Assembly (NCBI GenBank): GCA_964448705.1
Contig: CAYUZS010000004.1
Location: 20,105-84,104 of the forward strand
Source: an uncultured Gammaproteobacteria bacterium
GTDB taxonomy: Bacteria > Patescibacteriota > Microgenomatia > UBA12405
Length of the DNA stretch: 64,000 bases
Direction: 5' to 3'
Positions 28,381 to 37,087 of this stretch are shown here, piece after piece (the first letter of the stretch is position 1; each line of letters starts with the position of its first letter). Both the position numbers and the translations under genes were made by a program. The notes beneath the pieces are model-generated. The model was given only the letters and a program-made list of their open reading frames with translations, was not told the DNA's origin and did not search any database.

Positions 28381-28913
28381 TACCAGGTAAAAGGTTTCTT
28401 ACATACCGGACAAGTGGTTGGGGGTTGTTTTCCGACATGAATATTTCCACAATTCACACATTTCCAGCTCCACTCTGTTTCACTGCTGAACAAGGTATTA
28501 CTATCCATTTTATTCGCGATAATAATATATCTTTCCTCATGTTCTTTTTCTACATTTTTCAAATTTCCAAAAAGTCGTGTTGGTTCTGCGGCTCCGTCTT
28601 GTTTAGCTTGTTCCTCAAAATCGGGATACATGGTTGTCCATTCATATTTTTCTCCTTCTGCCGCCATTTTTAAATTGTCAATGGTTTTTGCAAAAGTTTT
28701 AATATTTACATCAGTTTGAATTTCAATCGGTCCTTCGATCATCTCAAATAGCTCCTCAGCATGGGCTTTTTCGTTGTCAGCAGTTTCTTCAAAAATCCTG
28801 GCGACCCACTCTTGGCCTTCTTTTCTGGCTATTTTTGCAAACGTCGTATATTTATTTCTGGCAATACTTTCACCGGTAAATGCTCTAAGTAGATTTTCTT
28901 GTGTTTTAGTCAT
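28356..28913 (-). CDS. rbr: rubrerythrin
   Basis: Ferritin-like diiron domain ('ENLLRAFTGESIARNKYT', 'EKAHAEE') plus C-terminal rubredoxin-like 'CVNCG...CPVC'. Track ORF extends to 29042; internal Met at 28913 is the likely true start. Confidence 0.8.
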   Translation of the reverse strand: MTKTQENLLRAFTGESIARNKYTTFAKIARKEGQEWVARIFEETADNEKAHAEELFEMIEGPIEIQTDVNIKTFAKTIDNLKMAAEGEKYEWTTMYPDFEEQAKQDGAAEPTRLFGNLKNVEKEHEERYIIIANKMDSNTLFSSETEWSWKCVNCGNIHVGKQPPTTCPVCKKPFTWYYPLGLIK

Positions 28914-28935
28914 AAAAAGATAATACCATAAGCGT

Positions 28936-28945
28936 AGTATACTAA
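28936..28945. promoter_or_regulatory. 10-bp perfect palindrome TAGTATACTA in the divergent rbr / copY-like intergenic region
   Basis: Read directly; candidate operator. Confidence 0.3.
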
Positions 28946-29017
28946 GGCATGGATTGCGATCGTCACTGCCATTGTCATGGTAAATGCCAACTCCTTGGTG
29001 GTTTGGAGCAAAAAATA

Positions 29018-29311
29018 ATGAATGTTCTTTGGGAATCTTCAAAACCCCTTAAACCTTCCGCTGTTTTAAAAAAAATGGCGGGGGATTATGCCTATACCAC
29101 TATTATGACTGTTCTTAAACGAATGTCAGATAAGAAATTTGTTTCTCGTCATTTAGTTGGAAATGCCTATGTTTATTCTCCGATGAAAGACAAAGAATCA
29201 TTTTCCCGGGAAACTCTTGATGATCTTTTCCTTCGTCTTTTTGAAAGTTATGGTTCCGCCGTCACCGATTCTTATCAACATGTCTCCAAAAAGTTAGGTT
29301 TTCGCAAATAA
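29018..29311 (+). CDS. BlaI/MecI/CopY-family winged-helix transcriptional repressor
   Basis: 'MNVLWESSKPLKPSAVLKKMAGDYAYTTIMTVLKRMSDKKFVSRHLVGNAYVYSP' matches the Penicillinase_R family pattern. Track start 28949 adds a Cys/His-rich 23-aa extension. Confidence 0.7.
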   Translation: MNVLWESSKPLKPSAVLKKMAGDYAYTTIMTVLKRMSDKKFVSRHLVGNAYVYSPMKDKESFSRETLDDLFLRLFESYGSAVTDSYQHVSKKLGFRK

Positions 29312-29361
29312 TTCTTTCCCCAGCTTTGTATTTTTTCTTTTTAATCTCTGTCATATTATAA

Positions 29362-29973
29362 TTGTTCATGATTAAGGCTGTAACTTTTGATCTTGATGGT
29401 GTTTATTTTACTTCCGACAGTTATTCGCGTTTCAAACATGCTTTGCCAAAAAACATTTCCAATGACTCCGTTGTCGACTTAGTTCTTTCCTCATCTCAAC
29501 AGATGATGGCCTTCAAAAAAGGGGAATTGTCGGAATCTGATTATTGGGAATATGTTAACCGTAACCTTGGTGCCGATCTCGACATTCCTCGGATTTCCCA
29601 ACTTTTATCAGACAGTTATCGCCTTAATGATCTGGTTGTCGATACTGTCAGAAAAGTCCGTTCCTTAGGTATAAAAACTTGTATCTGTACCAACAACTTT
29701 CCCACACGGATTGATGCTCTTAATTCCAAATTTGGTTTTCTTTCAGATTTTGACGTCAAAGTTATCTCTTACCAGCTTCATTCACTCAAACCTGATCCGC
29801 TTATCTTTGAAACTCTCATTAAGCAGTCCCGCTGTCTGCCGGAAGAAATAATTTTTGCTGATGATAAGCTTGCTAATGTTGCTGCTGCAAAAAATTTGGG
29901 TATCAACGCTTTTCTTTATCAGGGTTTCGATGGTTTTGTCAAAAACCTCCAGCTTTCCGGCATCTCTATCTAG
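29362..29973 (+). CDS. HAD-superfamily hydrolase (subfamily IA-like)
   Basis: Motif I 'VTFDLDGVYF'; C-terminal 'IIFADDKLANVAAAKNLGINA'. Confidence 0.7.
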   Translation: MFMIKAVTFDLDGVYFTSDSYSRFKHALPKNISNDSVVDLVLSSSQQMMAFKKGELSESDYWEYVNRNLGADLDIPRISQLLSDSYRLNDLVVDTVRKVRSLGIKTCICTNNFPTRIDALNSKFGFLSDFDVKVISYQLHSLKPDPLIFETLIKQSRCLPEEIIFADDKLANVAAAKNLGINAFLYQGFDGFVKNLQLSGISI

Positions 29974-29976
29974 ATG

Positions 29977-30011
29977 TTGACAATTTTTTGTACACTACTA
30001 CAATTGTAGTA
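29977..30011 (+). promoter_or_regulatory. promoter TTGACA-N16-TACAAT with overlapping 16-bp palindromic cop-box operator TACTACAATTGTAGTA (contains TACAnnTGTA); near-leaderless start for the HMA-permease/copA operon
   Basis: TTGACA at 29977-29982. The palindrome at 29996-30011 ends 2 nt before the ATG at 30014. Confidence 0.6.
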
Positions 30012-30013
30012 CA

Positions 30014-31369
30014 ATGTCTTCCTCCATCAAGTCCTGCAGTTTTTATGTTTCGGGTACCCACTGTCGTTCCTGTGAACTGCTCATTGAAAAAGAAATCTCC
30101 CACCTTCCGGGTATAATTTCCGTCTCCGCTTCCACTAAAAATAAAAAAGTTGTTATTAAATATCAAAAACAACAGCCGAGTCTTACTCTTTTAAATAAAT
30201 TATTCAAAGATAACCAATATGTTTTTAGTCATGATGGCACTGTATCTGAAGTTAAAATCAATCCCTTTTACAGTTTTTTAATTGCTTTTGGTTTTATTGC
30301 TATATTCTATTTTTTACAAAAAGAAAATTTTTTATCTTCTTTCCAGATTAGTAAATCTTCTTTTTCTCCCGCCTTTTTTATTTTCGGTCTTTTAGCCGGT
30401 TTTTCTACCTGCGCCGCTCTGGTAGGTGGTCTCGTTTTGTCGCTTTCCCGTCAATGGAACCGTCTCTCTTCTTCTTCTGATTCTCTTTTTCATCGGCTTC
30501 AGCCGGTTTTAGCATTTAATTTGGGCCGTTTATTTTCTTTTACGGTTTTGGGTGCTCTTTTAGGCTATTTTGGTAGTTTTTTTCAACTTTCCCTTACTAC
30601 CGGAGCAGTTATCACGATTTTAGTTTCAGTTTTAATGTTGGTTTTAGGATTACAGATGATTGGTGTTAAAGCTTTAGACTCTTTTCAATTAGCCCTCCCA
30701 AAATCTTTTACCGGTAAACTGGTTGATGAAACCCGTTTTCATGGCCGTTTTGTCCCTTTTATTCTTGGCGGTTTAACGTTCTTTCTGCCTTGCGGTTTCA
30801 CCCTAACCTCTCAGTCACTGGCTCTGGCTTCAAGTAATCCCATTCAGGGAGCACTGATTATGTTTTTCTTTTCTCTGGGTACTTTTCTACCTTTATTGTT
30901 AATTGGTCTTGGCAGTGTCAAGTTCTTTTCTAATCAGGTTTCTTCTAAATATTTTTCTCAGGTTGCCGGGATCTTGGTCATTTTTTTTGCTTTGTTTAAT
31001 TTCAAATCTCAGCTGATTGTTTTAGGATTCTTTGATACTCAAAAACCTCTAACTGTAAATTCTCAATCAGCTGTTTCCTTGGCTCCTGTTGTCAATGGTA
31101 AATATGTTTTGAAAATGGAAGCCTCTTCTACCGGGTATACCCCAAACACTTTTAAAGTAAAGGCTAATCAACCGATTCGTTGGGAAATTACTGATCGTGG
31201 CACCTCTGGTTGCACTAACGCGGTCATTTCCCGTTCTCTTTTTACCGGATCAATTCAATTAACTCCCGGAATTGTTTCGGTTAAAGAATTTATTTCTCCG
31301 GCAGATCCTGGAATTTATCGCTTTTCATGTTGGATGGGGATGATTTCCGGCACTATTGAGGTTATTTAA
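30014..31369 (+). CDS. heavy-metal-associated (HMA) domain + polytopic permease + C-terminal cupredoxin-like domain; putative Cu/Zn efflux/handling membrane protein
   Basis: N-terminal 'GTHCRSCELL' CxxC HMA motif; about 8 TM helices with Cys-containing helices; C-terminal beta domain 'IYRFSCWMGMISGTIEV'. Overlaps the copA start (TAAATG). Confidence 0.45.
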   Translation: MSSSIKSCSFYVSGTHCRSCELLIEKEISHLPGIISVSASTKNKKVVIKYQKQQPSLTLLNKLFKDNQYVFSHDGTVSEVKINPFYSFLIAFGFIAIFYFLQKENFLSSFQISKSSFSPAFFIFGLLAGFSTCAALVGGLVLSLSRQWNRLSSSSDSLFHRLQPVLAFNLGRLFSFTVLGALLGYFGSFFQLSLTTGAVITILVSVLMLVLGLQMIGVKALDSFQLALPKSFTGKLVDETRFHGRFVPFILGGLTFFLPCGFTLTSQSLALASSNPIQGALIMFFFSLGTFLPLLLIGLGSVKFFSNQVSSKYFSQVAGILVIFFALFNFKSQLIVLGFFDTQKPLTVNSQSAVSLAPVVNGKYVLKMEASSTGYTPNTFKVKANQPIRWEITDRGTSGCTNAVISRSLFTGSIQLTPGIVSVKEFISPADPGIYRFSCWMGMISGTIEVI

Positions 31370-33451
31370 ATGGCTATCCAAGTTGAAAAAATAAATATTT
31401 CGGGCATGCATTGCACTTCGTGTGCTCTTCTTGTTAAGAAATCATTGTCATCAGTCCCCGGTGTTATCGATGTTTCGGTTAACTATGCCGCTAAAAAAGC
31501 TGTCGTTAAATTCGACTCTTCTTTTTCCGCTCTTGATGATCTCCAGTCTGCTGTTGTTTCTGCCGGTTATCGTATTAATTATAAAAAAATAGATGACGCA
31601 GCTGAAAGCTTAGTTTGGCGTCAAAAGTTTTTCCTCTCGTTAATTCTCACTTTACCTCTCTTTATTTCCATGGTTATCCCTTTTTCTAATATTTTTTGGA
31701 TTGCCTTAATTCTTACTACTCTCAATTTGATTTTTGTCGGTCGGAACTTTTTTCTGGGTTTTATTTCTGCTCTTAGGTTAAGAACTTTTACTATGGATAA
31801 CCTTATTGCTATTGGCACATCGTCTGCTTTTGTTTTTAGTCTTCTTATGAACTCATATCACTATTTTGAAGTCGCTTCTTCTTTGATTACTTTTGTCACT
31901 TTAGGTAAGTGGTTAGAAAGTTTAGCTAAAGCAAAAACTTCACAGGCTGTCAGTAAATTAATTGATCTGAGTCCTAAAACTGTTCATTTAAAAACATCGT
32001 CAGGTTTTTCTGATGTATCTCTGGAATCAATCAAATCAGGCGATATTCTTTTAGTTAAGCCAGGTGAAACCATTCCTCTCGATGGTTTAATCATCAAAGG
32101 CCGGTCGTCTGTCGACCAATCATCTCTTACTGGTGAAAGTATGCCTATCGATAAAGTATTCGGTGACAAAGTTTTTGCCGGTACTCAAAATACTACCGGT
32201 TCCTTTGAGTTTAGAACTACCGTAGATAGCCAGAACACTCTTCTTTCTCAAATTGTTAAATTAGTAGAAGAAGCTCAATCAACCCAATCACCTTTACAAA
32301 ATTTGGCCGACAAAATATCTGCCGTTTTTGTCCCCCTTGTTCTGCTTATTGCTGTCATCACTTTCATTGTTTGGCGTTTTGGTTTTGCTGCCTCATGGGA
32401 GAATACTATAACCCATTTCTTGGCTGTTATTGTTATCGCTTGTCCTTGTGCACTTGGTTTGGCTACTCCAACTGTAATCATGGTCGCGACTGGTTTGGCA
32501 GCTAAACTGGGAATTTTAGTAAAAGGCGGTGATGCACTCCAGATGGCAGCCGCTGTTGATACCTTTGTTTTTGATAAAACCGGAACTTTAACGATTGGTC
32601 GTCCGACGATTACTGCTTTTAAGAATCTAAGTAGTTTTCCCGACTCAAAAATATTCTCACTAATTTATTCTTTAGAAATAACTTCCGAGCATCCCATCGC
32701 CAAAGCGTTTGTTGATTTTGTCGCTTCTAAAAAACCCAAAAAAATAAAACTTACAGATTTTAAATCGATAACCGGGTTTGGTGTTCAAGCCAGGGGAGGC
32801 AAATCTCTGTATTTTTTGGGCAAGTCACAAGATGGTCTTATAGAATTACGTCAGGATAAAAAAACTTTAGCTTCATTCATTGCCAAAGATATTCTTAAAC
32901 CGGAGAGTGTTTCTGTAATCAAATCTCTTACGGATTCTGGTTTGGGAGTTTATTTAGTAACCGGTGATCATTCTTCAAATGCTCTTGCTGTTGCCGCCAA
33001 ATTAGGTATTCCTTCAAAACACGTCTTTTCGGACACTCTTCCGGACCAAAAAACTACTATTATTAAACAGCTTCAATCACAAAAACACTTAGTTTCTTTT
33101 GTTGGTGATGGCATTAACGATTCTCCGTCCCTGGCTCAGTCTGATCTTGGTATTGCTATGGGTAATGGTACGGATATAGCCATTGAATCCGGTAATGTCG
33201 TCATAATGAACAATAATTTAAACAGTCTATTAGCTTTGCGTCAATTAAGTCAAAAAACTTACAGTAAGATTAACCAGAATTTCTTTTACGCTTTAATTTA
33301 TAATCTGGTCTTTATTCCTGTGGCTGCAGGTCTTCTTGCTCCTTTTAATATCACTCTCCGTCCGGAATTTGCGGCCTTAGCCATGAGTCTCTCATCCGTT
33401 TCTGTTGTTCTGAATTCTTTATCCCTTAATCGTTTTAGGTCCTCACGTTAA
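31370..33451 (+). CDS. copA: copper-translocating P1B-type ATPase
   Basis: HMA 'GMHCTSCAL'; TM 'ACPCALGLATP' (CPC); phosphorylation site 'DKTGTLT'; hinge 'VGDGINDSP'; 693 aa. Confidence 0.9.
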   Translation: MAIQVEKINISGMHCTSCALLVKKSLSSVPGVIDVSVNYAAKKAVVKFDSSFSALDDLQSAVVSAGYRINYKKIDDAAESLVWRQKFFLSLILTLPLFISMVIPFSNIFWIALILTTLNLIFVGRNFFLGFISALRLRTFTMDNLIAIGTSSAFVFSLLMNSYHYFEVASSLITFVTLGKWLESLAKAKTSQAVSKLIDLSPKTVHLKTSSGFSDVSLESIKSGDILLVKPGETIPLDGLIIKGRSSVDQSSLTGESMPIDKVFGDKVFAGTQNTTGSFEFRTTVDSQNTLLSQIVKLVEEAQSTQSPLQNLADKISAVFVPLVLLIAVITFIVWRFGFAASWENTITHFLAVIVIACPCALGLATPTVIMVATGLAAKLGILVKGGDALQMAAAVDTFVFDKTGTLTIGRPTITAFKNLSSFPDSKIFSLIYSLEITSEHPIAKAFVDFVASKKPKKIKLTDFKSITGFGVQARGGKSLYFLGKSQDGLIELRQDKKTLASFIAKDILKPESVSVIKSLTDSGLGVYLVTGDHSSNALAVAAKLGIPSKHVFSDTLPDQKTTIIKQLQSQKHLVSFVGDGINDSPSLAQSDLGIAMGNGTDIAIESGNVVIMNNNLNSLLALRQLSQKTYSKINQNFFYALIYNLVFIPVAAGLLAPFNITLRPEFAALAMSLSSVSVVLNSLSLNRFRSSR

Positions 33452-33468
33452 TAATTAATAATCTAATT

Positions 33469-33552
33469 ATGGCTAATAAAAAGAAACCGGACCATATCTG
33501 CAATTGCGGTAATGATTGTCGTTGTGGAGACGACAAGTCTTGCGGCTGTTAA
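33469..33552 (+). CDS. unannotated 27-aa Cys-rich peptide MANKKKPDHICNCGNDCRCGDDKSCGC (7 Cys); metallothionein-like candidate
   Basis: ATG-to-TAA ORF 18 nt downstream of the copA stop, followed at 33585 by a strong intrinsic terminator. Under 60 aa, so absent from the track. Confidence 0.4.
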   Translation: MANKKKPDHICNCGNDCRCGDDKSCGC

Positions 33553-33584
33553 TCACCTCGTTTCTCAAATAGACGAATCAAACA

Positions 33585-33611
33585 AAAACCCCGTCTCTCA
33601 ACGGGGTTTTT
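33585..33611. terminator. bidirectional rho-independent terminator (AAAAACCCCGTCTCTCAACGGGGTTTTT)
   Basis: Perfect GC-rich stem CCCCGT/ACGGGG flanked by A-run and T-run; placed between the cop operon end and the convergent dsbA-like gene end. Confidence 0.7.
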
Positions 33612-33626
33612 CTGTTCTTCCTTATT

Positions 33627-34436
33627 TTATTTCAGTGCTAAATCAACTGTTGATTGCATGTCGGTGAAACTGTACGCTCCGGCGAATGGGGTAGTGTTGA
33701 CGATGAAATATGGTGTCCCTTGGAAACCCATTTTTTGGGCGATTGCCATATCTTCACTCATTCTGCTGGCATATTTACCGCCTTCTAAACATCCTTTCAT
33801 CTTTTGATAGTCAACTACACCTTTCAGGAAATCAGCTAAAACTCCGGCTTTAGTCGCATCATTTTTAACTGTGTCATTTATCAGGTCATAACCCTCAGCA
33901 CTCATTAATCTGTTGTGTACTTCCCAGAATTTTCCCATTTCATTGCCGCAATAAAATGCTTGTGTGGCTAGTTCTCCGTTTCCGTGTCCGTTGGCATACA
34001 TCCAAACCATACCCGCTTTACCCTCTTCAACTAGTTTTCTCATTTCTATTTCCGGAGGGACATAAGTGCCTCCTTGTTTAGCTGTCAGGAATTGTTGTCC
34101 CATTTCTGCTCCGATAGTCTCGTTCTCTCCGGAAGCCACGTGACAAAAAGGACAGCTCGGATCACTGAATTCCACAAACAATAGTTTGCTGTTTTTGTTA
34201 CCCAGCACAATATTTTTGTTGTCGTTGAATAATGATTTCACATCATCAATATTCACCTCAGCAGCTGTTTGTGCTGTTGCTGTTTGTTGTATAGTTGTTG
34301 TAGTTGAGGTAGCAACATTACCTGATTTTGCCAGAAAATAACCATTACTGAATATCGATAACATCATTAGTCCGACGGCAAAAATCAACAGATTTTTATT
34401 TATAAGTATGCTTTTGTTTTCATTATTGTTTGTCAT
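33627..34436 (-). CDS. membrane-anchored DsbA/BdbD-like thiol:disulfide oxidoreductase
   Basis: N-terminal TM; thioredoxin fold with 'CPFC' active site preceded by 'LLFVEFSDPS'. Confidence 0.75.
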   Translation of the reverse strand: MTNNNENKSILINKNLLIFAVGLMMLSIFSNGYFLAKSGNVATSTTTTIQQTATAQTAAEVNIDDVKSLFNDNKNIVLGNKNSKLLFVEFSDPSCPFCHVASGENETIGAEMGQQFLTAKQGGTYVPPEIEMRKLVEEGKAGMVWMYANGHGNGELATQAFYCGNEMGKFWEVHNRLMSAEGYDLINDTVKNDATKAGVLADFLKGVVDYQKMKGCLEGGKYASRMSEDMAIAQKMGFQGTPYFIVNTTPFAGAYSFTDMQSTVDLALK

Positions 34437-34451
34437 ACTACAACTGTAGTA
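34436..34451. promoter_or_regulatory. second copy of cop-box-like operator TACTACAACTGTAGTA (15/16 identical to the 29996 site)
   Basis: Overlaps the start codon of the dsbA-like gene and lies 66 nt upstream of the 34517 gene. Confidence 0.5.
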
Positions 34452-34516
34452 GAATAAGTTGTTGCTGTCAACTATTAATTTATTATTTATTATAATTTTG
34501 CAGTAAACTATTACTT

Positions 34517-34975
34517 ATGTTTTTAGTAAAACCTGTTCTTGCCCAATGTCCGGTATGTATCGTTACTATTGGTGGGGGAATGTTTATTGCTCAAAAATTG
34601 GGAATTGATGATTTTTTAGTCTCGATTTGGATCTCTGCTCTTAACACCGCCATTTCTTTCTGGTTAGCTACCAAATTCAAGATAAAACTTCTTAATAATC
34701 CTTGGTTTTTATCTATACTCATGTTCGGTTTAGCTTTATTCTATTTCGACACCACCGGACAAATCAATGATTCCGCTAATAAACTTTTAGGTTTAGATAA
34801 GATCGTCCTTGGCCATATTGTCGGCTTATTATCTGTCTTCTTGGGAAATTTTATTTATGGTTTTTCAAAATACAAAAATAACCATCGTGCTCTTTTCCCA
34901 TACTCAAAAGTAGTTTTTCCGGTCAGTGTTACTCTCATTGTCACTTTCGTTCTTAAGATGGTTTTTGCTCTTTAG
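34517..34975 (+). CDS. small polytopic membrane protein with N-terminal CPVC motif
   Basis: 'VLAQCPVCIVTIGGG' followed by about 4 TM helices; divergent from the dsbA-like gene. Confidence 0.3.
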   Translation: MFLVKPVLAQCPVCIVTIGGGMFIAQKLGIDDFLVSIWISALNTAISFWLATKFKIKLLNNPWFLSILMFGLALFYFDTTGQINDSANKLLGLDKIVLGHIVGLLSVFLGNFIYGFSKYKNNHRALFPYSKVVFPVSVTLIVTFVLKMVFAL

Positions 34976-35003
34976 GTTCTCTCTTGAGTTAAAATAACAC
35001 CAT

Positions 35004-35507
35004 ATGAAAAGTTGGCTCCCGGTTATTGTTTCCTTCATCATTATTGCTGCTTCAATTTATATTCTCAAGTTTCAACCTTCTCCGCTTCCTACTTTATCAA
35101 TTCCTGTATTAACTCCCACCCCGACTGTGGTTGCATCTTCTAATCAAAATAATGATTATGCCTATACATATGCAAAATGTGGGGAAATACCCAATCTTTC
35201 AGAATATTCACTGCTTCGTTTTCCCGGAGAGTATTCCTTAAAAATGTGGTCTCCTAATTGTCGTTTCATTGCCTGGTCGGCCACAATTAAATACTCTTTT
35301 GGTCAATGGTCCGCTTCTAAATACGAAGGTCTTTTTCTCTATGATCCGAAGACTAAAAAAACAACCCGTCTCTATACGCCTACTTCGGAAAATGACGTCG
35401 TGTCTCTTCAAAACTGGCAGGATGATGTCCATTTAATTTTTCATAAAAATCTTGAAAACGCGGATTTTATCTACAATCTCTCTGGTAAAACCATTGAAAA
35501 AATATAA
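35004..35507 (+). CDS. membrane-anchored/secreted hypothetical protein
   Basis: N-terminal TM 'LPVIVSFIIIAASIYIL'; Pro/Thr linker. Confidence 0.3.
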   Translation: MKSWLPVIVSFIIIAASIYILKFQPSPLPTLSIPVLTPTPTVVASSNQNNDYAYTYAKCGEIPNLSEYSLLRFPGEYSLKMWSPNCRFIAWSATIKYSFGQWSASKYEGLFLYDPKTKKTTRLYTPTSENDVVSLQNWQDDVHLIFHKNLENADFIYNLSGKTIEKI

Positions 35508-35548
35508 AAGCTATCCGCAAACTCATACAAGTTTAGTATAATATCCAC

Positions 35549-36076
35549 ATGAACAATAATCATGACCTCCAAAAATTTATGGATAGAATTAAAAAAGCCG
35601 AAGCTGGCAACCAGCTCGATCTTAGTTCCGATGAAGATCTATCCATTGCCATAATGAATCTTATTTCCATTGAGGAACATTTATTTTTCACCGGCAATAA
35701 AACCGGAAAGATAAAATACTTCAATCTTCTCAATGAAGTTCGGGAAATGCGCAAAGAGCTTCTTAAAATGATTGTAAAAAGTCCGGAGGGTGAAGTTTGG
35801 TGCACCAGTAAGCATCTCCTGGCTGCCTCTATGCGTCTTTTTGAAGTTGGTACTAAAGCTCAAACAAAAGGTGATAACGATCAGGCCTATGATCTTTTTA
35901 AAAAGTCTTACGATCTATACAATTTGTTCTGGGGTATCAATCTTGGTTTGGTAAAAAATCTAGAAAAGAAAAGTGTTGATGATTCAAAAGAAAAATCTCT
36001 CAATTACCAAAATTCGGATTTCTTAGGAAAAGTTTCCGGAGTAATTGGAAAGATTTTGGATTGTTGTCGGGAATAA
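35549..36076 (+). CDS. hypothetical protein
   Basis: ORF with a TATAAT-like element upstream (35533); no motif recognised. Confidence 0.3.
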   Translation: MNNNHDLQKFMDRIKKAEAGNQLDLSSDEDLSIAIMNLISIEEHLFFTGNKTGKIKYFNLLNEVREMRKELLKMIVKSPEGEVWCTSKHLLAASMRLFEVGTKAQTKGDNDQAYDLFKKSYDLYNLFWGINLGLVKNLEKKSVDDSKEKSLNYQNSDFLGKVSGVIGKILDCCRE

Positions 36077-36080
36077 TTAT

Positions 36081-36392
36081 TTACTGATTATTTTTCTTCG
36101 ACTTCTCAATTATTTTCTTGGTTTTTCTGCCTACATCGTTGATAAAATCTTCTGCCCTTTTTTCTTTAGATTTACTTCTGTGTCTGATAACATACTCAGG
36201 ATTTTTCGGGACAATAATTGCCATTATGATGTAAATAATCAGCCCTGGACCTTGAAAAAAAGTCAACGCAATAAAAACCAACCTTACTATTGTCGAATCG
36301 ATATCCAAAAATTCAGCCAAACCTCCGCAAACTCCGGCCAAAATGAAATTTTCTCTGGATCGATAAATCCTTTTTTTATTTCTTTGTTGCAT
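36081..36392 (-). CDS. PspC-domain membrane protein
   Basis: 'ILAGVCGGLAEFLDIDSTIVRLVFIALTFF' is the PspC signature. Confidence 0.7.
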   Translation of the reverse strand: MQQRNKKRIYRSRENFILAGVCGGLAEFLDIDSTIVRLVFIALTFFQGPGLIIYIIMAIIVPKNPEYVIRHRSKSKEKRAEDFINDVGRKTKKIIEKSKKNNQ

Positions 36393-37023
36393 TAGCTAGT
36401 TTTTCCTGATCAACCACAATTACTTTTTTATTTTTGTTAATTATCAAACCTTCCTTTTCCAATTTTAACATTTGTAAGGTCACTGTTTCTCTTGTTAATC
36501 CGGTCAAAGATGCGATCAGTTTATGTGTTATTCCGAAATCAATGTGTTCATAGTGTCCGATTGTTTCGACTGTCCTATTCGCCAGAGAGGAAACCATTGT
36601 TGCCACTTTGTTGTAAGCGCTTCCTGAAAGTAAAACCCCCATCTGTTCAACTAAATCAACGAATGATAACAGGATGTTATTCACCACTTGGTCTTTAAGT
36701 TCAGGATTTTTTACAAATAATTCTTCAACTTCATTGACTGAAGCGGTATACATTTCCACCGGAGTTATTGCTTCAAAATAAAAACGATTTTCTATTCCTG
36801 TCAATGCATAAATCGACGTAAAGTACAAAATCGGTTTAAAAAACTGCATGGTTATTTCTTGTCCGTTTTCGCTTAAGGTATACACCCTCACATATCCGGA
36901 TTTTATATAACCCACATAACCAGGTTTTTCACCTGGCCTTAAAATAACTTCTCCTTTTTTGTACTTAACTAAATTATGGTCGGAGAAATAATTCTCCATT
37001 TTTTTCTTTAGGTTTTTGTCCAT
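36376..37023 (-). CDS. Crp/Fnr-family transcriptional regulator
   Basis: cNMP-binding beta-roll in the N-terminal half; C-terminal HTH 'HKLIASLTGLTRETVTLQMLKLEKEGLI'. Confidence 0.75.
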   Translation of the reverse strand: MDKNLKKKMENYFSDHNLVKYKKGEVILRPGEKPGYVGYIKSGYVRVYTLSENGQEITMQFFKPILYFTSIYALTGIENRFYFEAITPVEMYTASVNEVEELFVKNPELKDQVVNNILLSFVDLVEQMGVLLSGSAYNKVATMVSSLANRTVETIGHYEHIDFGITHKLIASLTGLTRETVTLQMLKLEKEGLIINKNKKVIVVDQEKLANATKK

Positions 37024-37087
37024 AACAAAAAATAACTTCCAATAATTGCTATCGTATCACCTCTTACACAAAAGCCGCTGTAATATA

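Noticed and set aside
28914-29042. N-terminal 43-aa extension of the rubrerythrin ORF (track start 29042).
   Set aside because: The conserved rubrerythrin domain begins at the internal Met (28913). The extension would overlap the divergent copY-like gene and its promoter, so it is an ORF-caller over-extension.
31621-32481. Minus-strand ORFs inside copA (31621..31818, 31984..32169, 32275..32481).
   Set aside because: They are antisense to a gene whose P1B-ATPase motifs are all intact.
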